Assembly: GCA_964523755.1 (NCBI GenBank)
Contig: CAZFYM010000004.1
Coordinates: 7,068 to 71,067, forward strand
Reading direction: 5' to 3'
Length of the DNA stretch: 64,000 nt
Source of the DNA: an uncultured Wenzhouxiangella sp.
Lineage (GTDB): Bacteria > Pseudomonadota > Gammaproteobacteria > Xanthomonadales > Wenzhouxiangellaceae
The notes beneath the pieces were generated by a model. That model made no database searches and was not told the origin of the DNA. It saw only the letters and a program-made list of their open reading frames with translations. Each line of letters opens with the position of its first letter. Position 1 is the stretch's first letter. Shown one piece after another: positions 36,609 to 46,462 of this stretch. The translations under genes were made by a program, and so were the position numbers.

Positions 36609-37904
36609 ATGCACCGACTCTTTCTGACCTTATCGATCTGCCTGCTGGTTGTGGCCGGGACCAATGCCCATGCTCAGGTCTGGTTGCACTGTGGTCAAAT
36701 GCTCGACACGCAATCCGGTCAACTGAGTGGTCCGGTTACCATCATTACCGAAAACGATCGGGTCGCCCGCGTAACCGATGGCCATCTGCAAGCCCCGGAC
36801 GGCACCTCTCTGGTCAATCTCACCAGCCAGGTCTGCCTGCCAGGCCTGATGGATATGCATACCCACCTGACCGGCCAGTCCAGCCCGACCTCCTATATCA
36901 ATCGTTTCACCCAAAATCCGGCCGATATCGCGCTTCAGTCCGTGGTGTATGCGCGTCGGACTCTGGACGCCGGCTTTACCACGGTGCGCGATCTGGGTGA
37001 TTCATTCAATGTCAGCGTGGCGCTTCGTGATGCCATCAATGAAGGCAAGGTCTCTGGACCCAGAATTTACACAGCGGGCAAATCTCTGGCCACCACTGGC
37101 GGCCATGCCGACCCGACCAATTCCTGGCGTGCCGACCTGATGGGTCGACCGGGGCCAGTCGAAGGGGTGGTCAACGGGGTTGACGCCGCGCGCGAGGGCG
37201 TGCGCCAGCGCTACAAGGATGGCGCCGACCTGATCAAGATCACCGCTACCGGCGGCGTATTGAGCATGGCCAAAAGCGGCTTGGCGCCACAGTTTCAGGA
37301 TGATGAACTGCGATCCGTGATCGAGACCGCGCGCGACTATGACATGCACGTGGCCGCTCACGCTCACGGCAAGGAGGGCATGCTGCGCGCCATCCGGGCC
37401 GGTATTCACTCGATCGAGCATGGCACCATGATGGATGATGAGGTGTTCGAGGCGATGATCGAACACGGCACCTGGTTTGTGCCCACCATTCTGGCCGGCA
37501 AGTTTGTTGCCGAAAGAGCCGAGATCGACAACTACTTTCCGGCCCTGGTCCGACCCAAGGCACGCCAGATCGGCCCGATGATGCAGGACACGTTCGGCCG
37601 GGCCTGGCGGGCCGGAGTGAAAATCGCGTTCGGTACGGATACCGGCGTCAGCGCTCATGGCGACAATGCCCAGGAATTCATTTACATGGTTGAAACCGGC
37701 ATGCGGCCAATCGATGCCATTCGCTCGGCAACCATCAATGCCGCAGAATTGCTGGGCATTCGTGACCATGCCGGCAGCATCACGCCCGGTCGCTGGGCGG
37801 ATATCATCGCTGTGGACAATAACCCGCTTGACGATATCTCAGCCCTGACCCAAGTTCGTTTCGTGATGAAAGCCGGCGAGGTTTACAAGCAGCCCGACGA
37901 TTGA
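36609..37904 (+). CDS. Exported amidohydrolase (Xaa-Pro dipeptidase-like)
   Basis: Signal peptide from ATG 36609; PGLMDMHTH, IKITATGG, VAAHAHG, SIEHG and AFGTDTG. Confidence 0.88.
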   Translation: MHRLFLTLSICLLVVAGTNAHAQVWLHCGQMLDTQSGQLSGPVTIITENDRVARVTDGHLQAPDGTSLVNLTSQVCLPGLMDMHTHLTGQSSPTSYINRFTQNPADIALQSVVYARRTLDAGFTTVRDLGDSFNVSVALRDAINEGKVSGPRIYTAGKSLATTGGHADPTNSWRADLMGRPGPVEGVVNGVDAAREGVRQRYKDGADLIKITATGGVLSMAKSGLAPQFQDDELRSVIETARDYDMHVAAHAHGKEGMLRAIRAGIHSIEHGTMMDDEVFEAMIEHGTWFVPTILAGKFVAERAEIDNYFPALVRPKARQIGPMMQDTFGRAWRAGVKIAFGTDTGVSAHGDNAQEFIYMVETGMRPIDAIRSATINAAELLGIRDHAGSITPGRWADIIAVDNNPLDDISALTQVRFVMKAGEVYKQPDD

Positions 37905-37911
37905 TCCGGAA

Positions 37912-39588
37912 TCAGTCGTCCCGGCCACTGCGCCAGATCGAGATCAATAGCCATACCCCGCCCAGCGCGGCTCCGATAAAGCCCAGCAAACCAAAGATCG
38001 GCAGACCGGTTTCGGAAGGTTCAACATTCATTGCAATGGCCGAACCGATAATCAGAGCGGCAGTCACCACGCCCAGCGTCAGGCGGCTGGCCGCCGTGTC
38101 CAGTCGATGACTGACTTCCTTGAGCGAGTTGATATCGACATGCACTTCGATTCGGCCTCGTCGCGCCGCGCGCAGCAAACTGCTCAGATCATTGGGCAAG
38201 CCTCCCAGCACCCGGACAGCTTCAACCAGGCTTTTCTGCATCCGGCCAGCAACAGCCGCAGGTGAATAGTGGTGCTTGAGCACTCGTTCGACTACCGGTG
38301 CGGCCTCGGAGGCCATATCAAAGCTCGGGTCCAGTGAGCGCCCCATGCCCTCCAGGGTGATGAAGGCCTTGAGCATCAGCACCAGGTCGGCTGGTAACAG
38401 CAGGTGATGGCGACGCAGTACGCCGGTCATTTCTCCGATCATGGCCGACATGTCCAGTTGCTCCAGCGGCACGCCATGATAGTGATCGATAAACTCGGCA
38501 ATGTCGTCCTCCAGTCGATCGTCATCGGCGTCGCTTTCGGCACTCCAATCCAGCAGGATGCGCGCAACCCGCTCGGCATCGCGCTTGACCAGACCATACA
38601 ACAGTTCGGCCACTTCATGGCGACGATCGCCCGACAGTCGACCCACCATACCGAAATCCAGCAACGCAATCTGGTCACCGGGCAGGAATTTGACATTACC
38701 TGGGTGCGGGTCGGCATGGAAAAAACCGTGCTCAAGTATCATCGCGAGAATGGCGCGCGTCCCGCGTCGGGCAATGACATGGGTATTGAGGCCGGCATCC
38801 CTGATGGCATCAAGATCGCGCCCGCCTATGCCATCGATATAGTCCTGAACATTCAAGCGCTCGCCGCTCCATTGCCAGTGTATTCCGGGAACGACGATGC
38901 CGGAATCCGGGTCCAGATCAGCCGCGATACGCTCGGCGTTGCGGCACTCGGCCGCGAAATCCAGCTCCCGGCGCAGTGACTGGGTAAATTGTCGAACCAG
39001 TGCTTTGGGCCGATATTGTCTCAGATCAGGTGCTTCAGACTCGATGATCTCAGCCAATCTGGACAGCAGCCTCAGATCAGCCTCGACCACCGGCCGTATT
39101 CCCGGCCGGCGAACCTTCAGCACCACCCAGGTACCGTCTTCAAGCCGGGCCCGGTGAACCTGGGCCAGCGATGCGGCGGCCAGCGGTTCACTTTCAATGT
39201 CGGCAAACGCCTGCTCCGGCGGCATACCGAGATCTTCAGTCAGTTGGGTCTCGATCGCCGCATAGTCCACGGCCGGTGCCTTGTCCTGCAACCGGGCAAA
39301 CTCCTCCAGCCACTCAGGACCGAACAGGTCAACTCGCGTTGCCAGCACCTGTCCCAGTTTGACGAACGTCGGGCCCAATTCTTCCATGACCCGGCGCACC
39401 CGCTCGGGCGGCTTGAGCTTGGCCAGCTCCTCGGCCTGGCGCCAGTGCAGGACCTTGCCAGCCTTTTCCAGCATGCCCGACATACCGATGCGCTGGACAA
39501 GATCACCGAATCCGTAGCGAATCAGAACCGCTGCAATATCCTGGACTCGGCCAAGATCCCGGGCGGCACTCAGGGCTTGCCACAACAT
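37912..39588 (-). CDS. ABC1/AarF/UbiB-family atypical kinase
   Basis: ELGPTFVKLGQ, AAASLAQVH, VLKVRRP, HADPHPGN and DFGMVG, with C-terminal TM segments. GGGAG RBS precedes ATG 39588. Confidence 0.9.
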   Translation of the reverse strand: MLWQALSAARDLGRVQDIAAVLIRYGFGDLVQRIGMSGMLEKAGKVLHWRQAEELAKLKPPERVRRVMEELGPTFVKLGQVLATRVDLFGPEWLEEFARLQDKAPAVDYAAIETQLTEDLGMPPEQAFADIESEPLAAASLAQVHRARLEDGTWVVLKVRRPGIRPVVEADLRLLSRLAEIIESEAPDLRQYRPKALVRQFTQSLRRELDFAAECRNAERIAADLDPDSGIVVPGIHWQWSGERLNVQDYIDGIGGRDLDAIRDAGLNTHVIARRGTRAILAMILEHGFFHADPHPGNVKFLPGDQIALLDFGMVGRLSGDRRHEVAELLYGLVKRDAERVARILLDWSAESDADDDRLEDDIAEFIDHYHGVPLEQLDMSAMIGEMTGVLRRHHLLLPADLVLMLKAFITLEGMGRSLDPSFDMASEAAPVVERVLKHHYSPAAVAGRMQKSLVEAVRVLGGLPNDLSSLLRAARRGRIEVHVDINSLKEVSHRLDTAASRLTLGVVTAALIIGSAIAMNVEPSETGLPIFGLLGFIGAALGGVWLLISIWRSGRDD

Positions 39589-39734
39589 CGACGGACTCCC
39601 GCTTGAAAGTTGACCTACAAGATAGCCCAAATCAACAACGATGACTGGACCTTGCTCGGTTCATAACACCTGGTTATATGCTTCAGGCCCGACAGTATTT
39701 CCTGTGGGCCGGGCCTGCGGCTAGCATGGCAGGC

Positions 39735-41180
39735 ATGACGTTATTTGCATCTCAACCTCGCTGGTTCCCGCTATTTCTCAAGCTGTCCGGGCGGCGCGTC
39801 CTGGTAATCGGTGATGGCGAAGTAGCTGCACGCAAGACCCGCCGACTGCTGGAATTCGATGCCCGGATCGACTGGATCGGCCAAGTCGGTGCTCGCCCGG
39901 AATGGTCAGAGTGGCTGAAATCAGGACAAATCCAGCATCACGCCGTCCGATTCGCGCCCGAGCTGGTCAACGGCCAGGTGCTGGTTGTGATCGCCGAGAG
40001 CGAGCCGGCCTCGATTACCGCCATTAAGCAGACCTGTCAACCACTCGGCGTACCGGTCAATGTTGTCGACCAACTTGAGCATTGCTCGGCCATTTTCCCC
40101 GCCGTGGTTGACCGCCATCCGGTCACGATTGCGATAGGAAGCGGTGGGCAGGCACCGGAGCTTGCCCGAATGATCCGAAGCCGGCTGGAAAGCACTCTGC
40201 CCGTCTCGATCGGCCCCCTGGCGGCACTGGCTGGCAATCTGCAAAACCAGCTTCGCCAGCATCTTCCTGAGCCTGCGCGCCGTCGGCGCTTTCTTGACTG
40301 GTTGTTCAATGACGCGCCCGCCCGGGCAGTTGAACAGGGCGATCCACTTCAGGCCCGCCATATCGCACTGGCCAGACTCAAGCAAACCAGAGACGACGAG
40401 TCTGGCCACGTGGCGCTGGTTGGCGCCGGGCCCGGCGATCCGGAACTGCTGACCATCAAGGCCTTGCGCCTGATTCAGTCGGCCGATGTGATTGTTCACG
40501 ATGGGCTGGTCGATAACCGGATTCTTGACTACGCACGCCGTGATGTCGAATTGATTGATGTAACCAAGCGCCGGGGATTCTGCCGGGCGAGCCAGGATGA
40601 GATCCAGCAACTGCTGATCGACCATGCCAGGCAGGGAAAGCGAGTCGTTCGACTCAAGGGTGGCGATCCGCTGGTCTTCGGACGTGGCGGCGAGGAAATG
40701 CTGGCACTGCGCCAGGCTAATATTGAATACTCGGTGGTCCCGGGCATTACCGCTGCCGTGGCTTGCGGGGCCTATGCCGGTATCCCGCTCACTCATCGCG
40801 ACCATGCTCAGTCAGTTCGTCTGGTCACCGCCCATTGCCAGGCCTCGATCGACCGCCTTGACTGGGCTGACCTGGCTGCCGACCGCCAAACACTGGCCTT
40901 CTACATGGCCGTCGCACAGCTGAAGCGCATTCAGGACCAGCTTCTCGCGCAGGGCCGCGATCCGGCCACGCCGATTGCACTGGTGGAAAACGGGACCCGA
41001 CCCGACCAGCGCGTCGTTTCCGGTACCCTGGCCGGACTGGCCGAAACGGCTCGCAAACATGCGATTGTTTCACCAGCCATGCTGTATGTTGGTGCTGTTG
41101 CAAATCTGGCCAATACCTTAAGCTGGTTTGGTCAGGCTACACTGTCTTCCGTGCCGGATGAACGGCGCGTCGCTTGTTGA
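39735..41180 (+). CDS. cysG: Siroheme synthase
   Basis: FPLFLKLSGRRVLVIGDG dehydrogenase domain plus LVGAGPGDPELLT and RLKGGDPLVFGRGGEE methyltransferase motifs. Start uncertain (39726 or 39735). Confidence 0.95.
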   Translation: MTLFASQPRWFPLFLKLSGRRVLVIGDGEVAARKTRRLLEFDARIDWIGQVGARPEWSEWLKSGQIQHHAVRFAPELVNGQVLVVIAESEPASITAIKQTCQPLGVPVNVVDQLEHCSAIFPAVVDRHPVTIAIGSGGQAPELARMIRSRLESTLPVSIGPLAALAGNLQNQLRQHLPEPARRRRFLDWLFNDAPARAVEQGDPLQARHIALARLKQTRDDESGHVALVGAGPGDPELLTIKALRLIQSADVIVHDGLVDNRILDYARRDVELIDVTKRRGFCRASQDEIQQLLIDHARQGKRVVRLKGGDPLVFGRGGEEMLALRQANIEYSVVPGITAAVACGAYAGIPLTHRDHAQSVRLVTAHCQASIDRLDWADLAADRQTLAFYMAVAQLKRIQDQLLAQGRDPATPIALVENGTRPDQRVVSGTLAGLAETARKHAIVSPAMLYVGAVANLANTLSWFGQATLSSVPDERRVAC

Positions 41181-41234
41181 CAGTGACGGGTCGCCTGCCG
41201 GGCAAACTGCAAATTCACACTCGGACTTTCCCTC

Positions 41235-42188
41235 ATGATTCATGCCAATATTCTTTCCACCATCGGTAATACACCCGTTGTCCGGATCAATCGCCTGGCT
41301 CCAGAGCATGTTGATCTGTATGTCAAGGCCGAATTCTTCAATCCGCTGGGTTCGGTCAAGGATCGCCTGGCGATCGCGATCATTGAAGACGCCGAGCAAC
41401 GAGGCCATCTCAAGCCCGGTCAAACCGTTGTCGAGGCCACATCGGGTAATACCGGTATTGCCCTGGCCATGGTCTGCGCCGCCAAGGGCTACCCGTTTGT
41501 GGCCTGCATGGTCGAGACATTTTCAGTCGAACGGCGCAAGCTGATGCGTGCACTGGGCGCCAAAGTCATCCTCACACCCGCCGCCGAACGTGGCAGCGGC
41601 ATGGTCAGGCGGGCCGAAGCACTGGCTGAAAAGCATGGCTGGTTCCTCGCTCGTCAGTTCGAGAACGAGGCCAACCCCGCCTATCACCGAAACACCACGG
41701 GTCCGGAAATCCTGCGTGCGTTTGCCGGAAAAAAACTGGATTTTTTTGTCACTGGCTGGGGTACGGGCGGAACGCTGACCGGCGCGGGAGAAATGCTCAA
41801 GCTGGCTCGTCCCGAGTTGAAAGTCATTGCCACCGAACCCGAGGGTGCCCAGCTGATGGCCGGCAAGGATTGGTCGCCACACAAGGTCCAGGGCTGGACA
41901 CCGGACTTTCTGCCCAAGGTACTGAAACTCCAGGTTGCCGATTCCATCATTCCGGTGACCGATGAGGAATCACGAGATACCGCGCTGGCGCTGGCGCGCA
42001 AGGAAGGTATCTTCTGCGGGTTGTCTGCCGGTGGCACGGTTGCGGCCGCTCTCAAGCTCGCCGAAACGGCAGCAGAAGGCTCGTCGATTCTGGCCATGTT
42101 GCCGGATACCGGCGAACGCTACCTGTCGACTTTCCTGTTCGAAGGGATCAACGAAGGATCAGACGACGACTGGCTGGAATCACTCTGA
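41235..42188 (+). CDS. cysK: Cysteine synthase A
   Basis: NPLGSVKDR (PLP lysine), ATSGNTG, GWGTGGT and PDTGERYLST. Confidence 0.93.
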   Translation: MIHANILSTIGNTPVVRINRLAPEHVDLYVKAEFFNPLGSVKDRLAIAIIEDAEQRGHLKPGQTVVEATSGNTGIALAMVCAAKGYPFVACMVETFSVERRKLMRALGAKVILTPAAERGSGMVRRAEALAEKHGWFLARQFENEANPAYHRNTTGPEILRAFAGKKLDFFVTGWGTGGTLTGAGEMLKLARPELKVIATEPEGAQLMAGKDWSPHKVQGWTPDFLPKVLKLQVADSIIPVTDEESRDTALALARKEGIFCGLSAGGTVAAALKLAETAAEGSSILAMLPDTGERYLSTFLFEGINEGSDDDWLESL

Positions 42189-42613
42189 GCGAGGATCAGG
42201 CTGTAGACCCAGCCTCCAACCCCACCCGCCAGGGACAGCGCAACGATACCTGACGCCGTTCGCGCAGCTCCGATGACGGTTACCGGGAGCATCATATTCA
42301 TGGCCAGCAGCGATGTGATCACGGCAACGAAACCTGCCAGCACAAACCAACCGCGACCAAAGCCCGGCCAGCGGGCGGCCGGCCAGTCTGCGACCAGTAA
42401 ACCGATCAGCAACGCAACCGCCATGATGATGGCGTAGTTTGGAGCAAAGCTGATCAGATCGAACAGCGTTACCTCGATCCGGGTTGATGTTCGGATGCTC
42501 TCGCCCAGTCCGGCGATACGCGATAGATTGAACTGAGTCTGGGTGATGCTGCCAAGAACGGCAGTTGTCAGCACGGCAACGGCAAACGCAAACAGCCAGC
42601 GAAGCACTTTCAT
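42119..42613 (-). CDS. Hypothetical 4-TM membrane protein
   Basis: Four hydrophobic segments; the 3' end overlaps the cysK 3' end by ~70 nt. Confidence 0.65.
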   Translation of the reverse strand: MKVLRWLFAFAVAVLTTAVLGSITQTQFNLSRIAGLGESIRTSTRIEVTLFDLISFAPNYAIIMAVALLIGLLVADWPAARWPGFGRGWFVLAGFVAVITSLLAMNMMLPVTVIGAARTASGIVALSLAGGVGGWVYSLILAQSDSSQSSSDPSLIPSNRKVDR

Positions 42614-42672
42614 GAATTGATTCCAGGTGAGCTCAGACGAAGCTTAGCGCATTCAGGCCCGCTTGCCTTACC

Positions 42673-43800
42673 ATGAACAGATTCCCAATCGAGATGACCA
42701 TCATGCATCGCTTGATCCTGATCGCCGCAGCGCTGGTTTTTGTCAATCCGCTGGCGGCACAATTCGAACTTGAAACCGTAGCCGAAGGGCTGGACCTCCC
42801 CTGGGCCCTGGCATTTTTACCCGATGGAAGGATGCTGGTCACGGAACACGCCGGAGCGCTGCGCCTTGTCGATCACACAGGCTTGATTAGCGCACCCATT
42901 CCTGGCATCCCGGCGGCTTATGTGAAAAGCCAGGGCGGCCTGATGGATATCGCCTTGCACCCAAACTACGCCGACAATAGCTGGATCTATCTGACCCTGG
43001 CCCATGGCAGCGCTGAGGCCAACGCCACCCGACTGGTGCGCGGTCGCCTGGATGGCATGCACTGGGTGGACAATGAGGTCCTGTTCACCGCCCGACCGAC
43101 CCGGGATACGCCGGTGCATTACGGTGGTCGACTGGCCTTTCTGCCCGACGGCACCTTGTTGCTCAGTATCGGCGACGGGTTCGATGACCGCGAACAGGCC
43201 CAGCGCCTGGACAGCCATACCGGCAGTATCGTCCGCCTTAATGCTGATGGCAGCATCCCGCAGAACAATCCGTTTGTTGGCCGAAACAATGCCTTGCCGG
43301 AAATTTTCAGCTACGGACATCGCAATCCCCAGGGCATCGTGTTCGACCGGGAAACCGGCCGCATCTGGTCGCACGAGCATGGACCGCGCGGCGGCGATGA
43401 GTTGAACCTGATCGAACGCGGGGTCAACTACGGCTGGCCAATCGTGACGGCGGGCATTGACTACTCCGGTGCCCGAGTCAGCCCATACACGACCCGATCC
43501 GGCATGCGCGACCCGATCCTGGTCTGGACGCCATCGATTGCCCCGGCCGGCATGGCTATCTACCGCGGCCCGGTGTTCCCGGACTGGCAGGACGATCTGC
43601 TGATCGCCAGCCTGGCCGAGCGCAGCCTGCGCCGCATTGAACTCGACGGCGTCAATGTCAGAGGTCAGGAAGTGATTGAATTGAATCTCAACGAGCGACT
43701 CAGAGACGTGCGTGTCAGCCCCGACGGCCACATCTACTTACTCACCGATTCACCGGAAGGCCGAATTTTGCGTCTTGAGCCGAAGCGATCTAACCTTTAA
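42673..43800 (+). CDS. PQQ-dependent soluble aldose sugar dehydrogenase (YliI-like)
   Basis: GLDLPWALAFLPDG, QGGLMDIALHP, HYGGRLAF, YGHRNPQG and EHGPRGGDELN. Start may be 42703. Confidence 0.92.
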   Translation: MNRFPIEMTIMHRLILIAAALVFVNPLAAQFELETVAEGLDLPWALAFLPDGRMLVTEHAGALRLVDHTGLISAPIPGIPAAYVKSQGGLMDIALHPNYADNSWIYLTLAHGSAEANATRLVRGRLDGMHWVDNEVLFTARPTRDTPVHYGGRLAFLPDGTLLLSIGDGFDDREQAQRLDSHTGSIVRLNADGSIPQNNPFVGRNNALPEIFSYGHRNPQGIVFDRETGRIWSHEHGPRGGDELNLIERGVNYGWPIVTAGIDYSGARVSPYTTRSGMRDPILVWTPSIAPAGMAIYRGPVFPDWQDDLLIASLAERSLRRIELDGVNVRGQEVIELNLNERLRDVRVSPDGHIYLLTDSPEGRILRLEPKRSNL

Positions 43801-43809
43801 AAGCAGAAT

Positions 43810-44310
43810 TTCTCGCAGAGCACACAAAGGCGCAAAGGAAGGCAAAAACAAAAAGCAGCAACTTAAATTTTCCTGATTACGCACGTCCTTCAGCCATTCT
43901 ACAGAGGACTTCAACCATGCTGATTCAGATTCCCGTGCCTATCGATCGCTTCGAACATCGGGTGGTGCCGGGTGCAGCAGACTGAGAACCTGGGCAAACC
44001 CACCCCTTGCACCCAACTGTCAGCGGGAAGTGGCGTTACCTGCTGGCCAGCCGTGGGTCGCGGAACCCGGTACGATCTTGCAGCTTCGATCAGCCTCGAT
44101 TTATTCTCAAGAAGCCTTCCAGGCCAGGACCATCGAGCATCGATTTCGTTGGCACCAAAGCTCCCGCGAACGTTGTCATTCCAGCAAGGCCGATCGACCC
44201 TTCGGCTTGCCAGCAGGTGACGCCACTTGCCGCCTGCCACCCGACCTATCCCCCTCGGCGATGGCTGAGGTATATGCGTAATCAGGTATTTCTTTGCGTC
44301 TCCGCGAGAA
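43810..44310. repeat. CGCAGAG/CGCAAAG hairpin repeat interrupted by a TIR element
   Basis: TTCTCGCAGAG...GCGCAAAGGA on the left versus TTTCTTTGCGTCTCCGCGAGAA on the right (inverted). Confidence 0.55.
43872..44286. mobile_element. 415-bp non-autonomous TIR element (MITE/cassette-like)
   Basis: Left CCTGATTACGCA-cgtcct-TCAGCCAT and right (reverse complement) CCTGATTACGCA-tatacc-TCAGCCAT. Same ends as 61777-62082. Internal 20-bp IR at 44028-44047/44209-44228. No transposase. Confidence 0.65.
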
Positions 44311-44312
44311 TA

Positions 44313-44708
44313 TTACGAATTCTTCTTTTCCGGACTTTTTGCCGAGCTTTGAGGCTTGGTTTCGGCCTTTGTGGTGTCGGGGCGCGGGGCACCGATGGGT
44401 TTCAAGCGGATTTCCTGACCGGAAACCTGGGGCATGCGCTCGCGGATGACCTTGTCTTCAACCAGCCTGCCGGCTCCGTCGCTGAGATGATCAAAAACGG
44501 CCTTGTAGCTGTCAGTCAGTCGATTGATCAGCTCGGCCGTTTGAACAAAGTGATCGTTGACTTCCTCGCGAAACTTTTCGTTTTCCTGCTTGAGCTGATG
44601 CATCGAGGTTCCGGGTGCCGCACCCTTGCGACTGGCCAGCCAGAACGCTCCGGCACCCAGCACAATTCCGACCACCAACGCTCCAATCAACCACCAGATA
44701 TCAGCCAC
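44313..44708 (-). CDS. zapG: YhcB/ZapG (DUF1043) family protein
   Basis: N-terminal TM then coiled coil EEVNDHFVQTAELINRLTDSYKAVFDHL. AGGAG RBS precedes GTG 44708. Confidence 0.85.
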   Translation of the reverse strand: MADIWWLIGALVVGIVLGAGAFWLASRKGAAPGTSMHQLKQENEKFREEVNDHFVQTAELINRLTDSYKAVFDHLSDGAGRLVEDKVIRERMPQVSGQEIRLKPIGAPRPDTTKAETKPQSSAKSPEKKNS

Positions 44709-44771
44709 ACCATGTCTCCTGTCCAAAACCAGTCTCTATCATACCAACCCCGCAACAATAAACCGGCATTT

Positions 44772-44795
44772 CCCCTTCTCCCCTTCCCTCACCCC
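44772..44795 (-). other. Canonical G-quadruplex-forming motif
   Basis: Minus strand GGGG-tga-GGG-aa-GGGG-agaa-GGGG spanning the nitrilase stop codon. Confidence 0.5.
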
Positions 44796-46333
44796 TTCCA
44801 CTTCAACTCATATAAATCCAGCCGCCGGTCCTGCATATTGCGAACCGACCCGTGCGAGCGTATTTCACGCAGGTTATCCAGGTCCAGGTCGGCAATCAGC
44901 ATGGTTTCGGAGTTGGCGGTCGCCTCATGGGCTACCGCGTCGTGCGGAAAGGCAAAGTCGGACGGCGTAAAGACTGCCGCCTGCGAATACTGCATGTCCA
45001 TATTTTCAACCCGCGGCAGATTACCAACCGACCCGGTGATAACCACGTAGCACTCGTTCTCGATCGCCCGGGCCTGGGCGCAACGCCGCACCCGCAGGTA
45101 GGCGTTCTTGGTATCGGTCCAGTAAGGTACAAACAGGATATGCATGCCCTGCTCTGCCATCAGTCGCGGCAATTCGGGAAATTCCACGTCATAGCAGATC
45201 AGGATGCCGATCTTGCCGAAATCGGTGTCAAAGACCTGGATCTGGTTGCCACCGGTCAATCCCCAGTAGCTGACCTCGTCCGGCGTGACATGAATCTTGT
45301 ATTGACGTGCCCAGGTGCCGTCGCGGCGCAGCAGATAGCAGACATTGCGCAAGTGATCACCATCGTACTCGGGCATCGAACCGGCGATGATATTGATATT
45401 GTAGGAAACGGCAAATTTCAGCATCTGATCACGAATGGCTTCGGTGTAGCTGGCCAGCTGGCGCACGGCCTCGGCCGGACCCTGGTCATTCCAGGGCGCC
45501 ATCAGCGGGCCGTTGAAGAACTCCGGAAACAGCACGACGTCAGCCTGGTAGCCGGACACCGCATCAACGAAATACTCGATCTGTGCATACAGATCCTCCA
45601 GCGACTTGGTCGGGCGCATCTGCCATTGAACCGCGCCGATACGAACATCTGATGGTCGGCCACCAATCAGTCCGGATGTTTCTTCTTCAAAGTAAATGTT
45701 GACCCATTCGAGCAGGGTGGCATAGCCGGCCGAATGACTGTCATCGGCCAGATAGCCTTTGACAATGCGTCGAACCTGAAAATCATTGGCCAACTGAAAG
45801 GTCAGAATCGGATCGGTCAATTCACGTGACTTGACCTTGGCAACGTACTGCTGCGGCGTCATCTCGGCTTTCACCTTGTGGTAGCCGGGTATGCGACCGC
45901 CCACAACAATGCCGCGCAGATTCATTTTCTCGCACAATTCCTTGCGTGCGTCGTACAGGCGTCGACCCAGGCGCAGATCGCGGTAGTCGGGATGCACGAA
46001 GACGTCAACACCATAAAGCACATCGCCCTTGGGGTCATGGGTGGTCAGATAGCCGTTGCCCACGATATCCCAGTAACGGTGATCCTGGCCCCATCGACTG
46101 TATTTGACCACCAGCGAAATAGCCGCCGCCACAACCCGGCCATTGTCCTCGATACAAATCTGACCATCCGGAAAACGCAGCACCTGGGATTCAAACTGGG
46201 CGCGACTCCAGGCACCGTCGAGACCACCCGGGTAGACCCGCTCCATGATCTCGGCAATATCATCGTAATCCTCGGCCCGGGTCTGGCGAAGGACCAATCG
46301 ATGAGAGTCACTGCGTTCCTGTTCGTCGCTCAT
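44789..46333 (-). CDS. Bifunctional GNAT acetyltransferase / carbon-nitrogen hydrolase
   Basis: GNAT (LYGVDVFVHPDYRDLRLGRRLY) fused to a nitrilase fold (LFPEF, QYKIH, ICYDVEFPE). Start taken as ATG 46333. Confidence 0.92.
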   Translation of the reverse strand: MSDEQERSDSHRLVLRQTRAEDYDDIAEIMERVYPGGLDGAWSRAQFESQVLRFPDGQICIEDNGRVVAAAISLVVKYSRWGQDHRYWDIVGNGYLTTHDPKGDVLYGVDVFVHPDYRDLRLGRRLYDARKELCEKMNLRGIVVGGRIPGYHKVKAEMTPQQYVAKVKSRELTDPILTFQLANDFQVRRIVKGYLADDSHSAGYATLLEWVNIYFEEETSGLIGGRPSDVRIGAVQWQMRPTKSLEDLYAQIEYFVDAVSGYQADVVLFPEFFNGPLMAPWNDQGPAEAVRQLASYTEAIRDQMLKFAVSYNINIIAGSMPEYDGDHLRNVCYLLRRDGTWARQYKIHVTPDEVSYWGLTGGNQIQVFDTDFGKIGILICYDVEFPELPRLMAEQGMHILFVPYWTDTKNAYLRVRRCAQARAIENECYVVITGSVGNLPRVENMDMQYSQAAVFTPSDFAFPHDAVAHEATANSETMLIADLDLDNLREIRSHGSVRNMQDRRLDLYELKWKG

Positions 46334-46387
46334 ACCGTCTACTGGCTGGAGAAAGCCCATAGGATAACGCAGTACCCGCTCCCAACC

Positions 46388-46438
46388 CTGTCATCTGTCC
46401 GTCAAATCGGCGACACATGACTGAAAAACCGCTGCCGT
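46388..46438 (+). promoter_or_regulatory. Pho-box-like array (five half-sites at 11-bp period)
   Basis: CTGTCAT(46388), CCGTCAA(46399), GCGACAC(46410), CTGAAAA(46421) and CTGCCGT(46432) against consensus CTGTCA(T/C), upstream of a plcP-like gene. Confidence 0.6.
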
Positions 46439-46462
46439 AATCTGCATCACAATTTCCAAGCG

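Noticed and set aside
36495-39680. GGTTATAT shared by the cysJ and cysG upstream regions, as a CysB site
   Set aside because: It reads equally well as a TATAAC -10 on the minus strand for cysJ and the UbiB gene; too short to call an operator.
44007-45050. 347-aa + strand ORF crossing the TIR element, as a transposase
   Set aside because: No DDE or HUH motifs; it runs antisense through zapG and the nitrilase, so it is a chance open frame.
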